In this document: one piece after another, positions 28,883 through 38,655 of the stretch | Layout of the letters: each line of letters starts with the position of its first letter | Numbering within the stretch: position 1 is the stretch's first letter | From: a virus | Taxonomy: Duplodnaviria; Caudoviricetes | Reading direction: 5' to 3' (one strand) | IMG/VR virus record: IMGVR_UViG_3300020045_001019 | Location: 1 to 48,045 of that record | Length of the DNA: 48,045 nt | The notes under the pieces: generated by a model | The model's database searches: none | What the model saw: only the letters and a program-made list of their open reading frames with translations | Told to the model about the DNA's origin: nothing | Program-made: the position numbers and the translations under genes

Positions 28883-29535
28883 TTATTCTCCATCAGGGCT
28901 TGATAAGAAATTGGAAATAACTGTTCTACATATTTACTAAGTTGCTTAGCTACTTCTTGTGTCTCTTGTTGAGTATGAGGATCAAGACGAAGTTTAAGCA
29001 TCTTAACGAAAGCAAACAATGTACCACTCCAAATCCAAGAGGTCATCATGTTTTGAGGTAAAATCATACGAGCTTGTTCAGGGGCTATATTCATGCTTAG
29101 TAGCTCTTCATAAAGCTGTTTGGACTCCTCAGTAAAAATATTACACCTATCAACAACATACATATTATTATAAATAATATCTCCACTTCCTTGTTTGATA
29201 CTTTCTTGTGGACGACTTCTCCATTCTTTAGGGACATAAAATTCTACTTCTTCATCTACATACCTTCGACTCACTTCATTCCAAGGAAGGTACTCGTGCT
29301 TCACAAGCTGCCTGGCACAAAAGAGTGGAGCCTTTACACGAAAGGAAAGAAAGGCGTGGTTAAAAGGAGATTTATGATTGTGTTTAGCTAGGTATTGGAT
29401 TAGTTTAGTATCTTTTTCAGAGAGAACACTTTCTTTCTTACTCTCTCTGTTAAAGCTAACTCTTGCTGCATTAACTACAGAAATGTCCGACCCGCAATGG
29501 TCAATGTATTCTACAGTAATATCAGATGACTTCAT
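28879..29535 (-). CDS. thyX: Flavin-dependent thymidylate synthase
   Basis: VNAARVSF, HKSPFNH, ARQLVKH...WNEVSRRY, PEQARMILPQ and HTQQE motifs. Confidence 0.93.
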   Translation of the reverse strand: MKSSDITVEYIDHCGSDISVVNAARVSFNRESKKESVLSEKDTKLIQYLAKHNHKSPFNHAFLSFRVKAPLFCARQLVKHEYLPWNEVSRRYVDEEVEFYVPKEWRSRPQESIKQGSGDIIYNNMYVVDRCNIFTEESKQLYEELLSMNIAPEQARMILPQNMMTSWIWSGTLFAFVKMLKLRLDPHTQQETQEVAKQLSKYVEQLFPISYQALMENK

Positions 29536-29847
29536 TTATTTACCATCCCGTTCATAAATAGCTTGACGAAGGTAAACAACTAGGTCTAGAGCTTCTTCGT
29601 AAGCATCTTTCAAAGCGTCACGTCCATTAAAAGGTTGGAGAGGTGTTCCATATTTTTTTACACCCATGTGGTTACGATTAACACAGTCAATTAACACTTT
29701 ATTCCACATAATAGGTTGATCATTTTTAATAGGGTCTGGTTGACCCCATTGTTGATTCTCAGGAAAGACAGGGTCTTTGACTAAGCCTTGTTCCATAGCC
29801 CGTCTTTCATATGCAGCATCAAGGCTGCTGAGTTTGTGGGTTAACAA
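29536..29847 (-). CDS. Hypothetical protein
   Basis: GVKKYGTPLQPFNGRDALKDAYEEALDLVVYL helical motif; abuts thyX. Confidence 0.7.
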   Translation of the reverse strand: MLTHKLSSLDAAYERRAMEQGLVKDPVFPENQQWGQPDPIKNDQPIMWNKVLIDCVNRNHMGVKKYGTPLQPFNGRDALKDAYEEALDLVVYLRQAIYERDGK

Positions 29848-30085
29848 TTAAAAATCCTTTATCAGTCATAAATTTAGCAAAGGCTACAGAAGCTTCTTTA
29901 CGCTCTTCTACAGGGATTGAAGAGAAGTAACCCATTAATAATGCAGCTCCTTTAGGGGTTATTTTCTTATCTTCAGTTAGGTGATCTTCAGCTATATTAG
30001 AAAGTACTACACCACGATTACGTGTACGTAAGACTTGCCCTTGATCATTGAAAAGGGAATATCCACGGTAATTATTTTGTTCCAT
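29819..30085 (-). CDS. Hypothetical protein
   Basis: 88-aa ORF in operon context. Confidence 0.65.
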   Translation of the reverse strand: MEQNNYRGYSLFNDQGQVLRTRNRGVVLSNIAEDHLTEDKKITPKGAALLMGYFSSIPVEERKEASVAFAKFMTDKGFLIVNPQTQQP

Positions 30086-30441
30086 TAATTCTTTCGTTCT
30101 TGTTGGCTTTTAATTTTATGACATGGAACACATAGGACTTGTAGATTATCTGTCTCACAGAATAACTCGTTAATGAAGTCATCCCATGTCCTGTCCTTTC
30201 CCATAGGCTTTATATGATCGACTTGGACTGACTTAGCAACAAATTCACCGCCGCAATGATTGCATTTAAAATGCTGGGCAATTCTGCCTGAAGCTGGGTT
30301 AACTCGTTTATCTGTTCTTGCATTTGCCAAAGCTTGATATTTAGGAGGCCAACGTCTACTACCAGAGCGAAGCAGACTAGTGATAAAGCTATTAAACCTA
30401 CCTTGGGTCCATTGAGAGCCATTCCATACCTCACGTTTCAT
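30085..30441 (-). CDS. Zn-binding HNH endonuclease
   Basis: CNHC...VQVDHIKP...NLQVLCVPCHKIKS. Confidence 0.85.
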   Translation of the reverse strand: MKREVWNGSQWTQGRFNSFITSLLRSGSRRWPPKYQALANARTDKRVNPASGRIAQHFKCNHCGGEFVAKSVQVDHIKPMGKDRTWDDFINELFCETDNLQVLCVPCHKIKSQQERKN

Positions 30442-30581
30442 TCAAGTTCGTCTTTAATAACCATCCATCCAGAGAAAATAGCAGCTGTAGTAAACAACAA
30501 GCTAATCCAGATATTTTCTACTAAGGTACTCATAATCAGAGCACCCCAGAAATCAATAGTCCATGTGTTGTATTTATTCAC
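30438..30581 (-). CDS. Small membrane protein (47 aa, not in track)
   Basis: GTG start: MNKYNTWTIDFWGALIMSTLVENIWISLLFTTAAIFSGWMVIKDELE; fills the gap and overlaps both neighbours. Confidence 0.6.
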   Translation of the reverse strand: MNKYNTWTIDFWGALIMSTLVENIWISLLFTTAAIFSGWMVIKDELE

Positions 30582-31356
30582 TTGGAAAACTCCATAATAT
30601 AGGAGAGCCATCTTCGTTAAGCTCTCTAGTCATCCATAACAATCTACCAGACTCTAAGAGATATTCATCTCCAAAATCCCCGTAGAGGCCCTTATAAGCC
30701 TCTCTGACACGATTAAAAGCCTCTAGGTATGTCTTACTACCTTCTAAGATTTTAAAGGCTCCTACAGCTCCTGTTCTTTCTAATCCAAGTATCGAATCAG
30801 TTGCATCACCTGTGAGTAGCTGTGAGCAGAAAAACAGTAAACCCTCACCTTTGATGGATTTTCTGTTATTAGACAATCGGATTGATCCATCACCCTCCAC
30901 AAACAACGGGCCAACTTGTGGCTGATTACCCAACTCCCAACCAAACTGCCAACCCGATACACTTCGCAAGTCTTTGTCTCTTGTACAGATGATTGTCCCT
31001 GTTCCTCGTTTGGTTTGCTCAATTGACATGAGGTCGTCGGCTTCAAGTCCCTCTTGTATTCTACAGTCGTACACGGCTTGCATGTAGGCTGTGAGGTTCT
31101 TGAAGTGCCAAGGCTTTTTTCCAGCTCTTGTTTTATACGGCTGGCGTTTAGCAATGTCATTGCGGAAATTGCTCTTTCCTGTAAGGAAAAGGATTGGGGG
31201 TTCTGTAGCATTTGTGATAGCACATATGTGGTTAATCTTATTTGTCAAAAGCTCCTGTACATACTCCCAAGGAGGAAAGCCAGGGTGTTGCCACCCGGCT
31301 TCAGCAGCATAGCCGCATTCATAGCGTAAAATATCTCCGTCTAAAAGAGGCTGCAT
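30574..31356 (-). CDS. 5'-3' exonuclease (T7 gp6/FEN-like)
   Basis: LLDGDILRY, YKTR, LEADDLM, TRDKDL and LLTGDATDSI motifs. Confidence 0.9.
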   Translation of the reverse strand: MQPLLDGDILRYECGYAAEAGWQHPGFPPWEYVQELLTNKINHICAITNATEPPILFLTGKSNFRNDIAKRQPYKTRAGKKPWHFKNLTAYMQAVYDCRIQEGLEADDLMSIEQTKRGTGTIICTRDKDLRSVSGWQFGWELGNQPQVGPLFVEGDGSIRLSNNRKSIKGEGLLFFCSQLLTGDATDSILGLERTGAVGAFKILEGSKTYLEAFNRVREAYKGLYGDFGDEYLLESGRLLWMTRELNEDGSPILWSFPSE

Positions 31357-31358
31357 AT

Positions 31359-32033
31359 TTAATAAGGAGCGTCTTCGTCAACCTCTTCTTTAACTACTCG
31401 TGTAACTTTAAGAGGCTTAACAGGCTCATCCTTACCACCAAGAAGCTTATCAAGAGCACTTCCTTTGAACTCTAGATTGGCTTTAATCTTGTCACGAAGC
31501 CATTCAGGAAGAGCGTTAAACACGTCAATGCTAGGCTTATCCAAATCAAACAGCTTAGGAGGGTTCTTCAGAGTAGGACATTTATCAACGTCCTTAGGAC
31601 GCATAGGAGAGATTGTAGCTACATTATCATACACTTTCTCCCCTACAGCGTTGTTAACGATTGTGACGTTAATAGGAGACTCAATAAGAGCTGCGAAGTC
31701 GCCACCGTGCTCTTCTGTAGGATCAAAAGCTTTATATCGCTGAGTGCTCTTAGCCTTGTCAGCATACAAGCCAAAGAATGGAAGAGTTTCTGAAATCCAA
31801 CGAGGCTTGTCCTCCAGTTCCTCACCTTTCTCATCAAGCATGAAACAATCAACCAACTCGTAGGTCAGCATTATTTCTCTAGCCGGAGGCTTATCTTTAC
31901 CTTGATAAGGACGCTGTGCTTGCAGTCCAAGGTCTAAGATTTGAACAAGACGAGCTGGATAGGTTCCTGGCTCAATGTTAGCTTGAGGGATGAAATTCCC
32001 CTTGGGGGCGCCTTTGGGTGCAATTAAAGCCAA
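31359..32033 (-). CDS. Probable single-stranded DNA-binding protein (TTG start)
   Basis: SD AGGAG 7 nt before TTG at 32033; acidic/aromatic C-terminus EEVDEDAPY; replication module. Confidence 0.65.
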   Translation of the reverse strand: MALIAPKGAPKGNFIPQANIEPGTYPARLVQILDLGLQAQRPYQGKDKPPAREIMLTYELVDCFMLDEKGEELEDKPRWISETLPFFGLYADKAKSTQRYKAFDPTEEHGGDFAALIESPINVTIVNNAVGEKVYDNVATISPMRPKDVDKCPTLKNPPKLFDLDKPSIDVFNALPEWLRDKIKANLEFKGSALDKLLGGKDEPVKPLKVTRVVKEEVDEDAPY

Positions 32034-32037
32034 TTGA

Positions 32038-32217
32038 TTACTCCTGTGTAAAAATAACTTCGTCAACGCGATCAGATGGGTAGATGTACATAACACCATT
32101 CTTCATCTGAACTCCAATAAAACCACTACCTAGTTGGTAGCCAATAATGTCATAAAACACTTTCGATTCTGGAACTCCTCGAAAGTAAATTTCAATTTTC
32201 TGTGTAGCTTCTTCCAT
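32038..32217 (-). CDS. Hypothetical protein
   Basis: ATG at 32217 after AAGGA: MEEATQKIEIYF... Confidence 0.6.
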   Translation of the reverse strand: MEEATQKIEIYFRGVPESKVFYDIIGYQLGSGFIGVQMKNGVMYIYPSDRVDEVIFTQE

Positions 32218-32224
32218 ATTTCCT

Positions 32225-34867
32225 TTAATGTGTTTCGTACCAGTTCTTACCAATTTCAGACTCCCCTGCATGAGGGCAAGTGATATTAAAATGCTCTCCT
32301 GCAGCTTTAATAGCCCACCTACAAACCTCCCCTACTTCTTCAGCTATTTCTTCACGACACTCTATCTGAATCTCATCGTGAACCCACCCTACAATGCCGA
32401 AATCAACACCCCAAGTAAATCGCTTACTTAACTCTGTGAATGTTAAACAATAAGCTTTCGACATGTGCAGGGCTTCATCTGATTGTAACAGATAAACGAG
32501 CAACTGATGCTCTGATGTAACCCTAATCGGTCTTCCATCTAAACCTGTTATGTACCCATCATAATACTCCATCTTATTAAACTTAGGATTGAATCTCTGC
32601 CTAGCTGTTTCTCTCCATTCTTTCGTTATTCGTTCAACAAGAGCACCAAGGCCGTCCAGCCCACGATACAGCTTACTTCGCAAATCAGCACCACTACCAA
32701 CAGGTTTCTTAGCAGTCTTTGCCAGTTTGACATCACCTCCTCCAAATAAGAGACAATTACCTGTGATTGTAATTGTATTACCTTGCCGGATAACGAAAGA
32801 CTCATTATCTGTAGACAGGCACCAAACTTTCTGTACAGGGTGTACCTCCTTTACCATCTTCATCATTGTCACGTGTGGTTTCTTGCTTATCTTAGAAGCA
32901 TGCATTGTTTTACCATTCTCCATAACACGTGAACTTGTATAGATATATCCAGAGGATTCAATAAAAGAAGCAGTGAGAGCAGCTTCAAACAACGGGCCAT
33001 CTAATTGAGCAAATTGCCAATTACCTTGTTCAATCCAATACCCATCTGCAATCAAGAAACCAGCTAAGAATCCTTTCCTCTCAGCAGAGCTTGCTTGACA
33101 CACTCTTTTCGTCCAGTTAGTAGCATATTTACTAGTATTCCATTCAAAAGCAGTAATACCATAGTCTTGTGACATGGGTGCATTTGTGATGATATTAGAC
33201 TCTTTATTTAATTCATCAGTTGTCCTGATTTGGTAGTCCATATATCTACCGTTAACTTTACCGTAAGAACTAGATGTAGGCATGAACCTCCTTTGTTTTA
33301 CAAACCATCTATGATCCCTTGTTGAGCGAATAGAGAAACCATGTCCGTGTTTCATTTCTATTACTTCATCATACTTCTCATGTAAAGCAAGGATTGGTTT
33401 CCATTCCTTCATCTGAGATTTCTGATTATATGTTAGAACCTGCTCACCTATAACTAAATCTGAATAGTGTTTCCACCCATCCCTTGTAAGGGCTTGTGTG
33501 TCCATTGGTACACAGTAAATGACATTCTTAGCCACATCCCTACTTTCAAGCTCACCAATATCTCTTGTAAGAGAGTGGTTATCTGTACCATCTTCTTTTC
33601 GTCCTTCAATAAGAGCCTTGGTGTATACAGGGCTCCCCATTCGTGCAGCTAACTGGCGAAGTTGATTCCCTGCTGAATCGGTTCCAACAAGTACAAAGCC
33701 TGGCTTACTGGTAAAGATGCTTCGCATTTGCTTTCCATAGAAGCTTCCTGCTTTTGGTATGTTGACGATGTTTCTATGAGTTGCTCTACCCGTGACTGCG
33801 AGAGTATTAACAACACTTGCAATTCTCCCATCTTCTCGAATAAGTCCAAATAAACCCTCAATAATTCCACGCCGTTGCCTACATTGGACTCGTCGTGCAA
33901 CAATGTGCCCAAGTTTGTCCTCAATTCCCTCAAAAGGGTCATCTTTCGATAATTTAGGACTTGTTCTGTTCCCTTTATCATCTGTGTTCCACTCAAGGGG
34001 CTCCCATCCAAGGGAGAGGAGGTAGTCTTTAGTTTCATATGAGGAGTTTAAATCCGTAGGTCGAAAGTTAATACGGCTAAAGCAACCCAAAACGGGCTTG
34101 TCGCTGCTGCCAAGGCCAACCCTAGAGCACCAATCAATAACGCTTTGGGAATAATTCCCACTTTTAAGGAAGGGTTTTCGGATGTAATTATATTCACCAT
34201 CTTTCTTAGTTTCTTCTATTTCTAGAATCTTAGGGAGTCTAGGGACAACAGCTCTGTCAATCAAACCAATCCACCTAGTGAGTTGTTTAACACAACTTTC
34301 CATGTGTTGTCTGTCAACAAGCCATCCGTATTCTTCTTGCTTCTGGAGATGTTCAAAGAGTTCAAACGTAAGAAGGAAAGCATTACGCCACTTACCACCT
34401 TTTGATTCTTTGAGAAGCTCTTCGTACACAAGTTCTAGAATCTCAGTATCTTCTGAACACCTATGCATCATATCTTCTGAGAAGTTCTCCCAGTCGTTAT
34501 GTTCTGGCTTACCTCGTCCTACACGATAACCCCAAGCTGCAATAGAATGAGGACCAATTCCTCTCTCTGGACAATCATATGGGACAAGACGCTTAGGATT
34601 TAACAACCTACTCATCAACAGAGTATCAACTTTCTTACCTTTGAATTCCCAATTATATAATTTCTTTAGGAGAGGAAAGTCATACCCAATTCCATTATGA
34701 GCAATAAGAACATCATAGGATTCTAGTTCTTCAAGAAGTTCTTTAATCTGATAAGGACGAAACTTCTTAATTACGCCAGATTTATATTCCTTTACAGCTC
34801 CACAATGTACTTTAGTAGCTTGTCGTAATAGTCCGTTTGCCTCAAGATCAAAGAGTCCAATTTTCAT
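32225..34867 (-). CDS. polA: Family A DNA polymerase with intein
   Basis: Exo I FDLEANGL, Exo II AHNGIGYD, motif A GTDSAGNQLR, motif B AKNVIY|CLLFG (split by the intein), motif C VHDEIQ. Confidence 0.95.
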   Translation of the reverse strand: MKIGLFDLEANGLLRQATKVHCGAVKEYKSGVIKKFRPYQIKELLEELESYDVLIAHNGIGYDFPLLKKLYNWEFKGKKVDTLLMSRLLNPKRLVPYDCPERGIGPHSIAAWGYRVGRGKPEHNDWENFSEDMMHRCSEDTEILELVYEELLKESKGGKWRNAFLLTFELFEHLQKQEEYGWLVDRQHMESCVKQLTRWIGLIDRAVVPRLPKILEIEETKKDGEYNYIRKPFLKSGNYSQSVIDWCSRVGLGSSDKPVLGCFSRINFRPTDLNSSYETKDYLLSLGWEPLEWNTDDKGNRTSPKLSKDDPFEGIEDKLGHIVARRVQCRQRRGIIEGLFGLIREDGRIASVVNTLAVTGRATHRNIVNIPKAGSFYGKQMRSIFTSKPGFVLVGTDSAGNQLRQLAARMGSPVYTKALIEGRKEDGTDNHSLTRDIGELESRDVAKNVIYCVPMDTQALTRDGWKHYSDLVIGEQVLTYNQKSQMKEWKPILALHEKYDEVIEMKHGHGFSIRSTRDHRWFVKQRRFMPTSSSYGKVNGRYMDYQIRTTDELNKESNIITNAPMSQDYGITAFEWNTSKYATNWTKRVCQASSAERKGFLAGFLIADGYWIEQGNWQFAQLDGPLFEAALTASFIESSGYIYTSSRVMENGKTMHASKISKKPHVTMMKMVKEVHPVQKVWCLSTDNESFVIRQGNTITITGNCLLFGGGDVKLAKTAKKPVGSGADLRSKLYRGLDGLGALVERITKEWRETARQRFNPKFNKMEYYDGYITGLDGRPIRVTSEHQLLVYLLQSDEALHMSKAYCLTFTELSKRFTWGVDFGIVGWVHDEIQIECREEIAEEVGEVCRWAIKAAGEHFNITCPHAGESEIGKNWYETH
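32756..33514 (-). mobile_element. Intein (253 aa, residues 452-704) in polymerase motif B
   Basis: Starts CVPMDTQALT; block B STRDHRWFV; LAGLIDADG-like FLAGFLIADG; block F VWCLST; ends ITGN followed by Cys+1. Confidence 0.92.
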
Positions 34868-35334
34868 GAGTATAGTTCTTTTAGTTCATTCTTAAATCGT
34901 TGAATAATTTGATGAGCCTTAGCATAAGAGCAATCAATTTGCCTACTAATATCAATAGCTGAATATCCTTGCTTCAGATGCAACATCAACACTTCAATTT
35001 GAATCTCACTCTTAGTATCAATTAACTCATAGATTTCTCTAATGACATGATTGGGATAGGAAGAACACTCGATAGTTCCTTCATTCTCATCCTCTTCCAT
35101 GTGAACATAACCCTTTTCAGAGTTCTTATAGTCACGAAGAGAGTTGTTTAGAAGCATAGAAAACCATTGATCAAAGCGAGTAGGGTCACAGCTTCGGTGG
35201 TAACGAAGGGCTCTCTCATATGCTGTTTGTACAACATCCTCACCAGCTTCAAGAGTTCCAGCTCGAAACCTCATCTTCTTTACAAACCTAGAGAAGTTCT
35301 TCTCATAGTGCTTAGCTATGTCAGGGACTTGCAT
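34864..35334 (-). CDS. Sigma-70-family (ECF-like) RNA polymerase sigma factor
   Basis: Region 2-like AGEDVVQTAYERAL...FDQWFSMLLNNSLRDY; region 4 HTH QGYSAIDISRQI. Start may extend to 35349. Confidence 0.82.
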   Translation of the reverse strand: MQVPDIAKHYEKNFSRFVKKMRFRAGTLEAGEDVVQTAYERALRYHRSCDPTRFDQWFSMLLNNSLRDYKNSEKGYVHMEEDENEGTIECSSYPNHVIREIYELIDTKSEIQIEVLMLHLKQGYSAIDISRQIDCSYAKAHQIIQRFKNELKELYS

Positions 35335-35375
35335 TACCCTTCCTTTCATGTGTTCTCGACACTTTATTATAAAAT

Positions 35376-35870
35376 TTACTGATGTCTTGTATAATCACCG
35401 TGGTACTTTATACGGGCTTCTTTCATGACTTTTTCAGCTTCCTCTTGTGTTTTGTAACACCCAAGGTACTTTCTTCCTTCGTTAGTGTGTATTCGACAAA
35501 CCCATTGACCACCTGATTTGTTCCGGTAGTTGACGCCTTTAATACCAGAACGATTGTCAGACCTGATTTTTGAGTTACGTGTATTTTCACTATGCGTTGC
35601 AAGCCGTAAGTTAACTCTTCTATTGTCATCTCTGATCCCGTTTACGTGATCTACTATTTCGTTAGGATAAACACCATCTGTATATAGAAGAGCTAGCTTG
35701 TGCAGTTTATAACTTTTCCTGTCAAGAAATACGGTTAAATATCCGGTATGGTGTTTAGAACCAATCACTGATCCGATTTTTACACGATTAGCTGCTTTAG
35801 CTTTCCATATAAAAATCCCTGTATTTTCGTCATAGTTAACGAGTTCTTTCAGTCTGTCTTGAGTAATCAT
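35376..35870 (-). CDS. HNH-AP2 homing endonuclease
   Basis: TQDRLKELVNYDENTGIFIW; VDHVNGIRDDNRRVNLRLAT; AP2 domain SGIKGV...YLGCY. ATG at 35870 after AAGGA. Confidence 0.9.
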   Translation of the reverse strand: MITQDRLKELVNYDENTGIFIWKAKAANRVKIGSVIGSKHHTGYLTVFLDRKSYKLHKLALLYTDGVYPNEIVDHVNGIRDDNRRVNLRLATHSENTRNSKIRSDNRSGIKGVNYRNKSGGQWVCRIHTNEGRKYLGCYKTQEEAEKVMKEARIKYHGDYTRHQ

Positions 35871-35886
35871 AATATCCTTAAACATT

Positions 35887-35916
35887 ACTATACTCTCCAG
35901 GAAGGCAATACTCGAC
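35887..35916 (-). promoter_or_regulatory. Putative late promoter GTCGAG-N18-TATAGT
   Basis: Exact motif between the primase stop and the HNH-AP2 start. Confidence 0.7.
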
Positions 35917-35917
35917 A

Positions 35918-37582
35918 CTAATGGTTGATTTCTTGGAAAAGACCTGTATTATTATCCCAGTACAGTTTGAAACGACCATTCTCGCCGAAATTTCTGTCTT
36001 CCAAAATTACAATCTGCCTCATATTCCGCTCTTCAGCGGGTAGATTAGGATCACGATTACCCTCAAGTCCAAGAAGAAGGTGACACGAGCGAGCCATAGC
36101 CCTACTCCCAGCCATTTGATTGCTTAGAACGTGACCCCCTAGTTCATGAGGTATACCTGATTCAGGATTTCTAACGTGACAAGTTAAGAACATTACAATG
36201 TTAAGATCGAGAGCTAGAGCAGCGGCTTCCTGTGCTATTTTTTGTAGAAGCACATTAGCATCCGCAGCGGACATTCCATTTGAATAATTAGTTAATGGGT
36301 CAAGGAATACAGCTTTTACCCCCTCTGCTACAGCAGCTCGTATATCTGTTTTTGTAGTCTCCCAATCAACTGCTTGGTACAAATTCAATAGAATGAGGTT
36401 ATCTTGTATGATAGCACCAGCTTCTTCAAACGAATCCTCATCAAACTCTTTATTAGGATCGTGGAAAAACTTACCCACAAGCTTACCCGCAACCATTTTA
36501 TAAGTTCTTTTGTTCTCCTCCTCAGGCTTAATAAGGAACACGTTCCAACCATGTTCTTTAATAAAATGAGCAGCAAGTGTATTGACTACATCCGACTTAC
36601 CCATTTTCTGAGGAGCACCTAAATAGATTGTCTCCCCAAACCTAATACCACGTGTTGCTTTGGTTAGATGCGACCAAGGCCAACTAAATCCCATCTTAGG
36701 GCGTTCTTTAGCAGCTTCGTGTAAGGAAGAGGCATAAATCAGACGAGTATTCTTAGGTTTCTGGGCATTAAACTGGCAAGCATTATACGTAGCAATACTA
36801 CGCCCATCAATTAATGCTTGGTTAGCATCCTTAGATGGAATAGAAGCTACTAAAGCATCTGGAAGAATCTTTAATACTTCTTCTACAGCTTTCTTACCCG
36901 CCTCATCATTATCAAATACTAGAACGACTTCCTTAAACTGTTTTCTAATTTCAGGAAGCATCCTAGAGATTTGCTTAGCTGCTCCTGCTGACCCGTTGGA
37001 GATAGATACAATAGCTGGATTTAGGTCAGCATATTGTGTAGATTTATTCTTATCTTTAAAGATTTGAAACAAGGCTACACAATCCTCTTCACCTTCAACA
37101 CAAAACAGCTTCTTACCGCCTGCTAAGATGGCTTGATTCCACCCAAAGAAATCAGACTCCTTGGTTGAACCAATAGCCCACATCTTCTTTTCATCAATAA
37201 GTTTGACCTTATAACCGATAAGCTTACCGTTTTTGTAATATGGGAAATAGCAACTACGGGGTGTTACGCCATCAGTCTCCGACATGCCTATCTTAATACC
37301 AAAATACTCTAGTGTTTCTTTCCTAAGCTTTCGTTTAGGAAGGTCAACAGTTTGATATTCTTTTACTTCGTCTAGCTCTGCTTGGATTTCTTCATCAGAC
37401 TTAATAGATACTTTAGGCTTATATCCTTCAGGCTTATCTCCATAGGGAGATTCTACTCGTGTTCCACATTTAAAACAGTAGCCTGTGTATCTCCCATCAG
37501 CTTCAAGGAACACTTGTAAGCCGTCTGAGCTATTACACTTATCTGTCCTGTGTGGTAGTTTCTCAATACATTTAGAACTCAC
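35918..37582 (-). CDS. DNA primase-helicase (T7 gp4-like)
   Basis: N-terminal Zn finger (C...YCFKC), TOPRIM VEGEED and FDNDEAG, Walker A GAPQKMGKS, VFLDPL. Confidence 0.93.
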   Translation of the reverse strand: MSSKCIEKLPHRTDKCNSSDGLQVFLEADGRYTGYCFKCGTRVESPYGDKPEGYKPKVSIKSDEEIQAELDEVKEYQTVDLPKRKLRKETLEYFGIKIGMSETDGVTPRSCYFPYYKNGKLIGYKVKLIDEKKMWAIGSTKESDFFGWNQAILAGGKKLFCVEGEEDCVALFQIFKDKNKSTQYADLNPAIVSISNGSAGAAKQISRMLPEIRKQFKEVVLVFDNDEAGKKAVEEVLKILPDALVASIPSKDANQALIDGRSIATYNACQFNAQKPKNTRLIYASSLHEAAKERPKMGFSWPWSHLTKATRGIRFGETIYLGAPQKMGKSDVVNTLAAHFIKEHGWNVFLIKPEEENKRTYKMVAGKLVGKFFHDPNKEFDEDSFEEAGAIIQDNLILLNLYQAVDWETTKTDIRAAVAEGVKAVFLDPLTNYSNGMSAADANVLLQKIAQEAAALALDLNIVMFLTCHVRNPESGIPHELGGHVLSNQMAGSRAMARSCHLLLGLEGNRDPNLPAEERNMRQIVILEDRNFGENGRFKLYWDNNTGLFQEINH

Positions 37583-37773
37583 TTATCCCCTTTCAGTAAA
37601 ATAGGAACTTGTTTGACCTGTTTTTTATGAATAAGTTCCATCTTTTTAATGAATTTTTCAAGGTTTTTTAGAGACTGCTCTGAGTGAGTACAGGAATACA
37701 AGTCCCATAAATCAGAGAAAGTTTTCTTAAAATCTACACCATCCCAGTCTTTTTCATCAACAAATTGAGTCAT
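37579..37773 (-). CDS. Hypothetical protein
   Basis: 64-aa ORF with overlapping start/stop. Confidence 0.55.
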   Translation of the reverse strand: MTQFVDEKDWDGVDFKKTFSDLWDLYSCTHSEQSLKNLEKFIKKMELIHKKQVKQVPILLKGDK

Positions 37774-37958
37774 TTTGATTCCTTGATATAAAGCTCACAC
37801 TCATCCTCTTTTAATGGAGGGTTTACATAAGACTGTCTGAAAGGGCTTCCTTGAGAGGTTCGTCTAGAGCAAGTTATACATAGCTCATTTAACTCGTGTC
37901 CAAAAGGAACAGGTTTATAGCTCCCTGTGCACCTTGCAAAGTCATAATGGAGGGTCAT
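37770..37958 (-). CDS. Small Cys-containing hypothetical protein
   Basis: DFARCTG...CITCSRR...ECELYI; SD GAGGAG. Confidence 0.6.
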   Translation of the reverse strand: MTLHYDFARCTGSYKPVPFGHELNELCITCSRRTSQGSPFRQSYVNPPLKEDECELYIKESK

Positions 37959-37976
37959 AGGAACTCCTCAAATTGT

Positions 37977-38582
37977 TCAACATAGGCTACGAGGGTAGCC
38001 CCAGCTAGGACTGTCATTCTTGATCCTTTTTAGTACGTATTTAGAAAAAGAAATAAGTTCCTCCATCGATGCATTACTTTTCATTGTATTAGCTTTACGA
38101 GATATAATTTGTACATTATCTTTTGTATAACCTTTTAAAGGATCAATTCGATCTATTGATGCATTTGTTGGCAATTGACCTTGACCTAGTGTATAAGTCA
38201 ATTTCAATCCGAGATAAGGGCAATGGGTTGGAAAGACAATATCTTCTGCGGATAAATTGAAATCCCATCCACATTCCTCTGCACGATACCTAGCCCTTGT
38301 TAGCATCTTTTTTACCCAGTTTTCGGGACGAGAGTAGTAAGCTTCAGTGTGGGCTTTTTGATTATTTTTAAACTTAGCATATCGAGTAAGATTTCTGCCA
38401 CGCATTATTTCAATGTTATTGTGATAATACTCTTTTTTCTGCGCGAGAATTGCTTCTTTATTATCCTCTCTCCACTTCTTAGTGCAAGACCTACAATGAT
38501 AAGCTCGACCATCTTTGTTACGAGATAATTTAGAGAACATTTCGTACTCTTTTTCTATTTTACAGCAAGTGCATGTTTTCAT
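37977..38582 (-). CDS. Zn-finger HNH-type homing endonuclease
   Basis: KTCTCC...CRSC; CPYLG...SIDRIDPLKGYTKDNVQIISRKANTMK. Confidence 0.85.
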   Translation of the reverse strand: MKTCTCCKIEKEYEMFSKLSRNKDGRAYHCRSCTKKWREDNKEAILAQKKEYYHNNIEIMRGRNLTRYAKFKNNQKAHTEAYYSRPENWVKKMLTRARYRAEECGWDFNLSAEDIVFPTHCPYLGLKLTYTLGQGQLPTNASIDRIDPLKGYTKDNVQIISRKANTMKSNASMEELISFSKYVLKRIKNDSPSWGYPRSLC

Positions 38583-38625
38583 TGTGGTATATTTAGCTGT
38601 TAATTCATATTAAAACTTACATCTA

Positions 38626-38655
38626 CCTATACCATGAATACCTAGAACTCTAGAC
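38626..38655 (-). promoter_or_regulatory. Putative late promoter variant GTCTAG-N18-TATAGG
   Basis: One mismatch per box, same spacing, upstream of an HNH gene. Confidence 0.55.
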
